Source: an uncultured Rhodopirellula sp.
GTDB lineage: Bacteria; Planctomycetota; Planctomycetia; Pirellulales; Pirellulaceae
Assembly: GCA_964007735.1 (NCBI GenBank)
Contig: CAXGAI010000026.1
Location: 1 to 59,852, forward strand
DNA length: 59,852 bases
Reading direction: 5' to 3'
Position 1 is the stretch's first letter, and each line of letters starts with the position of its first letter. The notes below the pieces were generated by a model. The model was not told where the DNA came from. It saw nothing but the letters and a program-made list of their open reading frames with translations, and did no database searches. This document shows positions 52,150 to 59,852 of this stretch, one piece after another. The translations under genes and the position numbers were made by a program.

Positions 52150-52186
52150 TTTGAAATGACAGTAAGACAATGAAGGTAACCATTCT

Positions 52187-54925
52187 TTGAGTAAGACGTC
52201 CTCCGGAAATATCGCACGTCGACATGACCTCGATGCACTGCGCGCCATTGCGATGTTGTTGGGGATCGCTTTGCATGTCGGGCTGGGATATGTCCCTGGT
52301 TGGATTATTACCGATGATGGCGATCCGCGGATGCTTCATAAGACCTCGGACAGCTTTCAGTTGATGTTTAATATCATCCACGGGTTCCGAATGCCTCTTT
52401 TCTTTCTCGTCAGTGGGTTTTTTACTGCGATGCTTTGGCGTAAACGGGGGATCAACAGTTTGTTGAAACATCGTTATGCCCGAATCTTTATTCCCTGCAT
52501 GTTAGGCCTTGTTTTTATCCAGTCGATGGAAGAGGCTGTCCAGAAATGGCGCGGGGAGCACGACCGTAAGTTCTGGGAAGAGCATCGTCAGGAACTGACG
52601 CTGATGGAAGCGTCCTGGCATCAGGACCGTGGATTGATAGAGGAGTTACTCAACAAAGGCGCTGATATCAATCAGAAAGATGACGATGGCTTTACACCGT
52701 TAATGGTTGTCAGTCAGATTGGGCCAACTCCTCGCCAAGATCTGGTCGAACGATTGGCAGTACGAGGTGCTGATGTTGATTTGAAGAATAATGCAGGGAT
52801 AACGGCTGAGCAGATTGCCCGTGAAGTTGGACATGAAGGAATCGTTGATTTTTTTGAGCGGGAACGAGTGGCTCGGAAAATGGATATTTGGGAAGCGGCA
52901 GGTCATCAAGATCGCCGCATGATGCATTGGAGGCTTGCCGTCAATCCTGAAGTTGTTAATCAATTGCATCCGGAAACAGGTGAAACCCCATTACAAGTGG
53001 CAATGGCAACAGGAGAATGGGAGAGAGTTGCTGATCTGTTTGACCGTGGAGCGGATTTGCGTTTGAAAAATGGCGAAGGAAAATCTCCGCTTGAATGGCT
53101 GGATGATTCAACGGATTCTCAAATGAGATTCTTCCTTGAAATGGGTAACGGGCTTCACGAGGTGGGAAGCGGAACGCTTCCTGCCGGTGAACATTTCTTT
53201 GAACGAATTCGTGCACATGATACGGGTCGTCTTCGACGACTGATTTTGTCGGGTGTTAATCCGAATTCCGTCAACGCAGAACATGGTTACTCCGCTTTGG
53301 CCTATGCGGCCGCCACAGGTAAATATGGTGTTGTGGAAATGCTTCTTAACCATGGTGCGGATGTCAATGCGCGTAGTAAAGATGGTAGCACGGCCTTGCA
53401 TGCGGCGGCCATGTTCTCTAGACATGGGGAGCTAAAACTACTTAAGCGGTTTAAAGTCGATGAATCCATTAAAAATGAAGCAGGTTTGACGGCCGCCGAA
53501 GTGGCCGCGGCTCCTTTCAATACAGCGACTCGTGATGGTCTTATGACCCTTGCGGCAGCGTTTGATATTGTTGACATTCGTCCGAAAGATATAAAGAAAC
53601 GTCGATATGAGGCTGCACGAATTCTAGGGATAGAACCCAGGCCCGGTTCTCCTGACGATGAAATCTTTGGTGATTGGGATGAAGATGAATTCTGGGAGAA
53701 GTTCAAGAAGGATGAGAAAGAAGATGAGGATCAAGACCAACGTTTTGCGAAGCAACGGGCTTGGAATAAGCAACTGGCTGTAGTTGTAGGGCAATTCAAA
53801 GATTGGGATGAAGTCCTTGGTGATTGGGATGAAGATGAATTGTGGGGGAAGTTCAGGGAGTACGAGAAAGAAGAATGGGATCAAGTTGAACGTAGAGGGG
53901 AGCAACAGGCCGGAGTGGTAGGGCAATTCAAAAATTGGTACTGGCAGCAGGTTAAAGAAGCCAAGCACTATAAAGACAAAGAGGGGCGTTGGCAAAATCT
54001 ATTTAATCAACACGGTTTTGGGCACTTTTGGTTCCTTTGGTTCCTGGTCTGGCTGGTCGCAATCTTCGCTGTATACGCCCTGGTGTGTGATCTGGTTGGT
54101 ATTAAACGAATGCCAAAATGGTTAGTGCTTTCAAAGTTGCGTTATCTGTACTTAATCCCGTTAACGTTGATACCAACTTTGGTAATGCATAGTCAGTTCG
54201 GTCCTGATACGTCAACACACTGGGGCCCTCAGCCACATATGCTTGTTTATTACTTCATCTTTTTCCTTTTTGGAGCCTGGTATTTCGATGCCGATGACTC
54301 AGAAGGGAAGCTTGGTCGTTTCTGGTGGTTGACGATTCCACTTTCGATTTTGCTGTACCTTGCCTGTGGTAGTCAGGAAGGATGGTTGTTTGTGGCAATT
54401 GAAGAACAGCCTTGGTGCAAGCTAATAGCCGGTATGATTGGGTCTAGTTTGGAACCCTCTGCCTTCCAAGAGCTAAGAGACTGGATGTCGAGCCTACCAG
54501 CCTCCGATTTTAAAGCGGTACTAGTCAAGAATCTATCAGTGACCTATGTCTGGTTTTTGGAATGGCTGGAGATGGCCCCCTCCGCTTTTAAAGGGCTAAT
54601 CATCAATGTTGCGTCAGTGACGTATGTCTGGCTGATGACATTTGGCTGGATGGGCCTCTTCCGTAAGGTGCTGAGCAAAGAGAGTAAGGTGATGCGGTAT
54701 GTTTCGGATTCCTCTTACTGGCTTTATGTGGCTCATATGCCGCTGGTTGTTTTGTATATCCAGATGCTTAAACCGTTGGACTGGCACCCGTGGGTGAAGT
54801 TTACGGTTGTTTGCAGTTTGATCACGGTCTCTCTACTTGTTACCTACCAGTTGTTCGTACGCCATACCTTGATCGGTGAAATCCTCAATGGCAAGCGAAA
54901 GCCGAAAGTGAAATCAGAGTCTTAA
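52187..54925 (+). CDS. Acyltransferase family 3 (OpgC/MdoC-like) with a large inserted ankyrin-repeat region
   Basis: RRHDLDALRAIAMLLGI..H, FRMPLFFLVSGFF, HFWFLWFL, SDSSYWLYVAHMP flank ankyrin motifs GFTPLM, GETPLQ, GYSALAYAA, GSTALHAA. Confidence 0.88.
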   Translation: MSKTSSGNIARRHDLDALRAIAMLLGIALHVGLGYVPGWIITDDGDPRMLHKTSDSFQLMFNIIHGFRMPLFFLVSGFFTAMLWRKRGINSLLKHRYARIFIPCMLGLVFIQSMEEAVQKWRGEHDRKFWEEHRQELTLMEASWHQDRGLIEELLNKGADINQKDDDGFTPLMVVSQIGPTPRQDLVERLAVRGADVDLKNNAGITAEQIAREVGHEGIVDFFERERVARKMDIWEAAGHQDRRMMHWRLAVNPEVVNQLHPETGETPLQVAMATGEWERVADLFDRGADLRLKNGEGKSPLEWLDDSTDSQMRFFLEMGNGLHEVGSGTLPAGEHFFERIRAHDTGRLRRLILSGVNPNSVNAEHGYSALAYAAATGKYGVVEMLLNHGADVNARSKDGSTALHAAAMFSRHGELKLLKRFKVDESIKNEAGLTAAEVAAAPFNTATRDGLMTLAAAFDIVDIRPKDIKKRRYEAARILGIEPRPGSPDDEIFGDWDEDEFWEKFKKDEKEDEDQDQRFAKQRAWNKQLAVVVGQFKDWDEVLGDWDEDELWGKFREYEKEEWDQVERRGEQQAGVVGQFKNWYWQQVKEAKHYKDKEGRWQNLFNQHGFGHFWFLWFLVWLVAIFAVYALVCDLVGIKRMPKWLVLSKLRYLYLIPLTLIPTLVMHSQFGPDTSTHWGPQPHMLVYYFIFFLFGAWYFDADDSEGKLGRFWWLTIPLSILLYLACGSQEGWLFVAIEEQPWCKLIAGMIGSSLEPSAFQELRDWMSSLPASDFKAVLVKNLSVTYVWFLEWLEMAPSAFKGLIINVASVTYVWLMTFGWMGLFRKVLSKESKVMRYVSDSSYWLYVAHMPLVVLYIQMLKPLDWHPWVKFTVVCSLITVSLLVTYQLFVRHTLIGEILNGKRKPKVKSES
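53657..53938 (+). repeat. Imperfect in-frame tandem duplication (150 + 132 bp)
   Basis: 53657-53806 vs 53807-53938; both contain TTGGTGATTGGGATGAAGATGAATT and GTAGGGCAATTCAAA. Confidence 0.9.
54501..54631 (+). repeat. Imperfect in-frame duplication with 78-bp period
   Basis: CCTCCG.TTTTAAAG...TCAGTGAC.TATGTCTGG at 54501-54553 and 54579-54631 (S.FK....N..VTYVW twice). Confidence 0.8.
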
Positions 54926-54930
54926 ACCGA

Positions 54931-56298
54931 TTATTGGTCACTACCCAGATAGTAGCAGCGAATCTCTTTATCGTTGCGGATGTAGACACAGCGGTTGGCA
55001 AAGGCAGGATGTGACCAGACAAGTGTTCGACCAGCTACCCAGTGCGTCGGTTCGATCAGATTCGTACGGCTGATTTCTTTGTAACCCTCCGGACTTAATT
55101 TAGCGATGATCAGGTCACCAAGATCATTCGCCAGAAAGTATCGGTCCTGGTGTTTAATGGTGAACACGTTTCCCCAGGCAGCAGGTCGTTGTCCGGTCGA
55201 TGGCTTATAAGTGGTCCATTGCCTGGTACCATCCTCGAGTTTGGCACAGGTGTATCGTCCGCCAATGCCGCAGGCGTAGATAAAGCCTTTATCGATTACA
55301 GCCGTGCAGAATACTCCACCAATACCTCTCTGAGTGTCACCAGCCCAGAGTAGCTTCGCGTCTTTCCCAGAGTCTGCGACTTCAACGCAGGCTGAAACAC
55401 GAGCCCAGGCCATCATGTAGAGTTTGTTTTCATAGAGAACCGGATGTCCTATCGACATGGCGTAGGTTGGAATGACATCGACGGTCCAGAATAGATCACC
55501 TGTTTTAGGATCGATTGATTGCAGGCCGTCTCCGTGCCAGATGATGAGTTGTCGGACTCCGTTGATTGTGTAAATGATGGGAGGACAGTATCCGGGTTGC
55601 TTGGAGGTAAGAGCCCTCCAGACTTCTTCCCCGGTCTGCTTGTTGAAGGCAACGACGGTCGATTCTTCGCCGCCGACAATACTGATGACATGGTCACCAT
55701 CGATCAATGGGTGTGCTGCGGTACCCCATTCGGGAATCGTGAGCTCATAATCGTCTTTGAAGTCGCGTTTCCAAATGATCTCCCCGGTTTGACTATCGAA
55801 GCAAAAGAAATGCCCTTCGGCACCAAGTGCATAGACCCGGTCACCGTCTACCGTGGGTGTTACTCTGGGACCGATCGCATAGGCAGCCACCGTGGTGTAA
55901 GGACAATCCCATTGATGAGACCACAGGATCTTTCCGGTTTTTTCCTCAAGGCAGAGAAGACGTTCTTTGCCTGGTATGAGTTTACGAACGAAGTTGTAGT
56001 TCTTGGGTGGGTTGCCGTCATGTAAGTCTTTTGCAGTGCGAGGGTCACCACCCTGGATTCTATCCATTACATAGACTTTGCCGTTGGCGATCGAAGGGCC
56101 AGAGTATCCGCTGCCAATCGGACTCTTCCAGAGTAGTTTTGGGCCATCTTCCGGAAAGGTCGTCAGGATGTTTGACTCGCGCCAAACTCCATCACGAGCG
56201 TTTCCAAGCCATTGTGTCCAGTCTTCCGCCTGAGTGTAGGAGCAAAGAAGAAGGGTGTAAGTGCTAATCGTCAGGGAAATGGTGCGAATCGTCTTCAT
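54931..56298 (-). CDS. PQQ-binding-like beta-propeller protein (BamB-like, planctomycete-type)
   Basis: Signal peptide then AEDWTQWLG, LLWK..IGSGYS.P, TG..LW repeats, WSHPAFAN..VYIRN. ATG 56298 preferred. Confidence 0.88.
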   Translation of the reverse strand: MKTIRTISLTISTYTLLLCSYTQAEDWTQWLGNARDGVWRESNILTTFPEDGPKLLWKSPIGSGYSGPSIANGKVYVMDRIQGGDPRTAKDLHDGNPPKNYNFVRKLIPGKERLLCLEEKTGKILWSHQWDCPYTTVAAYAIGPRVTPTVDGDRVYALGAEGHFFCFDSQTGEIIWKRDFKDDYELTIPEWGTAAHPLIDGDHVISIVGGEESTVVAFNKQTGEEVWRALTSKQPGYCPPIIYTINGVRQLIIWHGDGLQSIDPKTGDLFWTVDVIPTYAMSIGHPVLYENKLYMMAWARVSACVEVADSGKDAKLLWAGDTQRGIGGVFCTAVIDKGFIYACGIGGRYTCAKLEDGTRQWTTYKPSTGQRPAAWGNVFTIKHQDRYFLANDLGDLIIAKLSPEGYKEISRTNLIEPTHWVAGRTLVWSHPAFANRCVYIRNDKEIRCYYLGSDQ

Positions 56299-56467
56299 TG
56301 TAATAGGGAATACTATTTCTCTAGAAATCATGTGCTTTGCTAAGTGATATGTGAATGGTTAGCGTTGAATTGTAAAGCTAATAGATCATTTATTCATCTA
56401 GTGGGAGGTATTTATTATCGCGATCCAGCGAGACAATCGCAGCATTTCAAGCGAAAAATCACCAAAA

Positions 56468-56482
56468 TGAGACTTCGTCTCA
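56468..56482. promoter_or_regulatory. Fur-like 7-1-7 inverted-repeat box 1 (TGAGACT-T-CGTCTCA)
   Basis: TGA-N9-TCA palindrome with the same geometry as the core of 56563-56593. Confidence 0.5.
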
Positions 56483-56562
56483 ATAAAGTCCATGTTTTTT
56501 GCATAAATTTATATAAAAAAGTCTTTTAGCCTATTCCAAATGGCAGATTAAGACATTAAGTT

Positions 56563-56593
56563 GGCCTTATTGAAACTGAGTTTCAATAAGGCC
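56563..56593. promoter_or_regulatory. Perfect 31-bp palindromic operator (core ATTGAAACT-G-AGTTTCAAT, Fur-box-like)
   Basis: GGCCTTATTGAAACT G AGTTTCAATAAGGCC is an exact 15-1-15 inverted repeat. It lies immediately 3' of a candidate sigma70 promoter TTCCAA(56534)-N17-TAAGTT(56557). Confidence 0.7.
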
Positions 56594-56712
56594 TATTGGT
56601 TTGTGAGAACGAATCTCCGAAAAGGCAAGCCTTTAGGCAGGCATACAATTAGCTCGCCATCAAAGCGGAAGTATGGATGAGCAGATATATTTATTTTACT
56701 AGGAGTTTCAAA

Positions 56713-57606
56713 ATGAAACGTTCACTGAGAAAAGCAGGTTTTACACTGCTTGAAGTCCTCATGGTAGTCGCCATGTTGGCAATCGTCGGTGGTGCTATCA
56801 TCACCAGTTATGGTGGCTTGGAAGACAAAGCCGCTAAAGGTACAGCGACTCACTCGATCGCTGCTGTTACAGAAGCATTTTTGGTATATGAGTCAACCGA
56901 AGGTGGTATTCCAAATAACCTGGAATCATTGTTGGCTGCTACACCTAGTGGCAACACTTACGATAATACCATTCCGGATAACATTGCAACTGGTGGAGCT
57001 GATTGGGCTCAAGCTGGTAACCTGGGTTATAAAATCGCAGGTAAAGGTACCATTGATGCACTAACTGCTGATGAAGAAGCTGCTCTGATTGCTTCCGGTA
57101 TCGATAAAATCCGTTACATGGAAACTGCCGGTAATGGTGATGGTGCCGTTGGTGTATTGAAAGCTGTCGGCAATGTTGATGTTGGTACTTATGGTGCTTT
57201 ATCAGCAATCTCAATTCCCCAACACGCTTTTTCAGTTCCACGTGGAGCTAACAAGAACCGTGGTCGTGGTTTTGCATTAGACCTGACTGCTGACGGACAG
57301 CCTTCTGTTTATGTCTGGAATGCTGGAGCCGACGGATACAACAACATCAAAATTGGTGGTGGTGCTACGATCGCTTCTAGGCTCGTTTGCCTCGGTCTTG
57401 GAAATGAAAGTAACCTGATTGGTTCAGGTGTATTTGTTAACTTGCAACACGCTCCTTACTACGGAAACGTAGCAAAGAACGAATACAACCACTACATCGC
57501 TTTGATCGATGTTAGTGTGAACCCAGCGAAGTTGCGTGCAGTTCTTGACTCACGTGGTGACTTCCTTGATGAAGAATTTGCAGAAGCTACTGGCCAAAAA
57601 CCATAG
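56713..57606 (+). CDS. Type IV pilin/pseudopilin-like protein 1 (probable major subunit)
   Basis: AGGAG RBS at 56701; class III signal RKAG|FTLLEVLMVVAMLAIVGG (E5); followed by a strong hairpin. Confidence 0.88.
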   Translation: MKRSLRKAGFTLLEVLMVVAMLAIVGGAIITSYGGLEDKAAKGTATHSIAAVTEAFLVYESTEGGIPNNLESLLAATPSGNTYDNTIPDNIATGGADWAQAGNLGYKIAGKGTIDALTADEEAALIASGIDKIRYMETAGNGDGAVGVLKAVGNVDVGTYGALSAISIPQHAFSVPRGANKNRGRGFALDLTADGQPSVYVWNAGADGYNNIKIGGGATIASRLVCLGLGNESNLIGSGVFVNLQHAPYYGNVAKNEYNHYIALIDVSVNPAKLRAVLDSRGDFLDEEFAEATGQKP

Positions 57607-57633
57607 TCATTAGTGGATGTAGATATATACGGC

Positions 57634-57677
57634 GAAGAGTGTGCGTTCGGCTTTATGCCGGGCGCACGCTTTCTTCT
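57634..57677 (+). terminator. Stem-loop after pilin 1 (terminator or mRNA stabiliser)
   Basis: AGAGTGTGCGTTCGGC-TTTAT-GCCGGGCGCACGCTTT, a long stem with G-U pairs, then TTCTTCT. Confidence 0.65.
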
Positions 57678-57730
57678 GTTTAAATGCAAATTGATTGCGG
57701 TTACTACTATTCTGCGGTGTAATATTAGGT

Positions 57731-58555
57731 ATGGACTTCCAAAATCGCTATAAAACCCGACTTCGTCGTAAGCTAAGCCAAGGTTTTACCTTGCTTGAGG
57801 TTCTGATGGTGGTCTCTATTTTGGCGATTGTGGGTGGTGCCATCATTTATTCAATGATGGGTATTCGTTCGAAGATCGCTGAGGATCTTTCGGATTACGA
57901 ATCCAGTACTGTGTATAAAGCGCTAAAGCAATTCCGGCGTGATACCGGCTATTATCCGAAGCAAGGTCCGTTTGCTTTAAAAAGTTCTGGGGGACCGGGG
58001 AAGATTGATCCGGCCAATAATGATCATTGGCCTTCTTTCCTGTCCGATAAATCGGCTGCCGAACGCACGGCATGGTTTCATCATCCGGCAAATTTTTATC
58101 AACTAGTGCTTGCTGAAAGCCCCTTGAAATCGACTGGACATGCGTTGGAATCGTTCAATATTCAAGCAGGGCGTGGGTGGCGAGGCCCCTATATAAAGGA
58201 TGGTGTTGTCAGCCTCCTCGTAGGTGATGCCGAAGAATATGATCCGGTTGCCGATGCTCATACGCCGAATAATTGGACAAACTCCAGCTGGAATGCTGGC
58301 GGGACGCCGCGAGTGACGGATTTAGTCTTGTTGTGCGACCCATTTATCGGGGAAACTTCCAATTTCCCGGTTAGACAATTCGGTGCCAAGGATAATTCTA
58401 CGGGTTTATACGGCACAGCTTTTGGGGACTTTGGAAGACCTTACATGTACTTTCAGACCGCCTCAGCAGTTTGGTTAGTTGGTATGGGATCTGACCGTAC
58501 TTATGAAGGTGGAAATGCTTCATCGGATGACGAACTTGTTTATTTAGACGAATAG
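57731..58555 (+). CDS. Type IV pilin/pseudopilin-like protein 2 (GspG-like motifs)
   Basis: SQG|FTLLEVLMVVSILAIVGG; ALKQFRRDTGYYP, GWRGPY, DFGRPY, GMGSD. ATG 57731 preferred. Confidence 0.85.
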   Translation: MDFQNRYKTRLRRKLSQGFTLLEVLMVVSILAIVGGAIIYSMMGIRSKIAEDLSDYESSTVYKALKQFRRDTGYYPKQGPFALKSSGGPGKIDPANNDHWPSFLSDKSAAERTAWFHHPANFYQLVLAESPLKSTGHALESFNIQAGRGWRGPYIKDGVVSLLVGDAEEYDPVADAHTPNNWTNSSWNAGGTPRVTDLVLLCDPFIGETSNFPVRQFGAKDNSTGLYGTAFGDFGRPYMYFQTASAVWLVGMGSDRTYEGGNASSDDELVYLDE

Positions 58556-58565
58556 AATTCTACGA

Positions 58566-59852
58566 ATGTTTCGAAGTTTAAGGTATCAATACGGCAATAG
58601 AAAAACCAGTGGGTTTACCCTACTGGAATTAATGCTGGTTGTTTTCATTATGTCCGTGCTGGCTTTTAGCGCAGTCTCTTTGACGGAGACTCTCGATTCC
58701 AGTCAGGATCAATATCGATATGAGCGTGCGAAAAATCAGGCTGCTGAGCTGAAAAAAGCGATCATTGACCGTGTCGAAACTCAGCAGGTGGTTCGTGGAT
58801 TTGTGGCAGACGTTGGTGCCTTGCCGGCAAATATGACAGAACTTGCGTTTGGCGTTGTCGATGGTGACCCAGATGATTCTCTGATTCCACTAAGTGATGA
58901 TGCAAACCCAGAATATGATTTTTCGGATGTTAAGTACGAAATGCCTGAGTTGCAATTAAGAAAAGGATATCGGGGCACGCTTCTTCAAACTGCTGAAGGT
59001 ACCCCGAGAGATTTTTATAGAGGTAGTTATCTTAGCAACCTGCTGCCTGGTAAAAATATTTATGACGGGCCCGATAAACCTCGTTTTGATGATGGATGGG
59101 GAAACCAAATTGGTTTATTAAAAATAGGTACTAATGAGCCTGTAGGAAATGATGATTTGACACATGGCTGGTTTTGGAACGATGACGCTAACGGTAACCT
59201 GACGCTAAAAACTCTTGGTAAAGATGGGCTCCAAAATGTCCCACCCGTCACGGGGTACCCCGCAGATTTACAGCTTGCGACGATTAGTCGAGATGATTGG
59301 TCTGTTGATCCGTCCGCGATACAAGTGGAACTCTACAACGATCTCGCCGACCTTAATCTGCCATTAGTAACCAAATTCAAGATATTGTTTTACAATGCTA
59401 AAGCTACCCCCCCTACTTGGAATGTATGGACAAGTAATGATGTCACGATTCCTGAACGGGGCCAGATAGCGACTGCCAACTTTCCCCCAGTTCAACCATT
59501 ACCGCGCATGCCGGCAGGAACACATGTGTTGATGCTTGTTGCTGCAAATGACCACCCCGTCGCAAAAATTGGAACTGTTCGTGTGAGTGAGACGCCTGAG
59601 ATTCAGGAGATAATTATTTCACCGAAACCAACTAATGTTACTTTAAGACTGGAGGTGCCTGATCCCACAGGCACAGAGGAGGGGGACACTGTTGTGAAGA
59701 CTGGGGTTGGCCCAAGCTTAGCATTAGCGATAGTTGCTTTGAAGCAAGATTTTGACGAAGACGGAGGGTTTACAGGGCAGGATATTATTAAAGAACACTC
59801 AATTATTAGGGATTCAGTTGATTCTTCTATTATTATCGCGAGAGTCGAAATC
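58566..59852 (+). CDS. Type IV pilin/pseudopilin-like protein 3, large; truncated by the window end
   Basis: Not in the ORF track. Hand translation from ATG 58566 is open to the end (429 codons): MFRSLRYQYGNRKTSG|FTLLELMLVVFIMSVLAFSAV...GFVADVGALP...YRGSY...DGWGN...TLGKDG, then a beta-rich C-terminal region. Confidence 0.85.
   Translation, partial: MFRSLRYQYGNRKTSGFTLLELMLVVFIMSVLAFSAVSLTETLDSSQDQYRYERAKNQAAELKKAIIDRVETQQVVRGFVADVGALPANMTELAFGVVDGDPDDSLIPLSDDANPEYDFSDVKYEMPELQLRKGYRGTLLQTAEGTPRDFYRGSYLSNLLPGKNIYDGPDKPRFDDGWGNQIGLLKIGTNEPVGNDDLTHGWFWNDDANGNLTLKTLGKDGLQNVPPVTGYPADLQLATISRDDWSVDPSAIQVELYNDLADLNLPLVTKFKILFYNAKATPPTWNVWTSNDVTIPERGQIATANFPPVQPLPRMPAGTHVLMLVAANDHPVAKIGTVRVSETPEIQEIIISPKPTNVTLRLEVPDPTGTEEGDTVVKTGVGPSLALAIVALKQDFDEDGGFTGQDIIKEHSIIRDSVDSSIIIARVEI

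Noticed and set aside
56563..56593. Palindrome as a CRISPR repeat, terminator or transposon end
   Set aside because: Single copy with no spacers despite the ATTGAAAC word, a 1-nt loop with no U-tail, located between divergent starts, and no transposase in the window.
56617..56672. GAAAAGGCAAGCC... in the pilin leader as a c-di-GMP-I riboswitch
   Set aside because: Only the opening GGCAA-like word matches; the GAAA-tetraloop P2 and the GACGCAAAGC segment are missing.

Overview
About 59.4 kb of this window (roughly 430 to the end) reads as chromosomal DNA from a planctomycete, probably Pirellulales-like. The evidence is DUF1598, two DUF1549/DUF1553 CxxCH proteins, two DUF1501 proteins, two PVC-type heme-binding dehydrogenase-like proteins, a DUF11/OmcB-like protein and a Ser/Thr kinase. 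The first ~430 bp are different: GC-rich alphaproteobacterial (Rhodobacterales-type) sequence carrying the 5' ends of mnmA and sciP plus a CtrA-like box. It is joined to the planctomycete DUF1598 gene through a shared ~28-nt Gly/Ala-codon word, so it is most likely an assembly chimera. Best candidates for undescribed systems: (1) at the right end, a cluster of three unusual non-DUF1559 type IV pilin-like genes behind a perfect 31-bp palindrome and two related Fur-like boxes; (2) an ECF sigma factor whose adjacent anti-sigma-like gene is a membrane-tethered paralog of the neighbouring DUF1549/DUF1553 protein; (3) a FabZ/long-ACP/FabZ-like/FabF type II fatty-acid cassette; (4) an OpgC-like acyltransferase with a large inserted ankyrin array and internal duplications, next to an ankyrin lipoprotein. 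I saw no rRNA, tRNA, CRISPR array or mobile element. Family calls come from motif recognition by eye, not from database searches.
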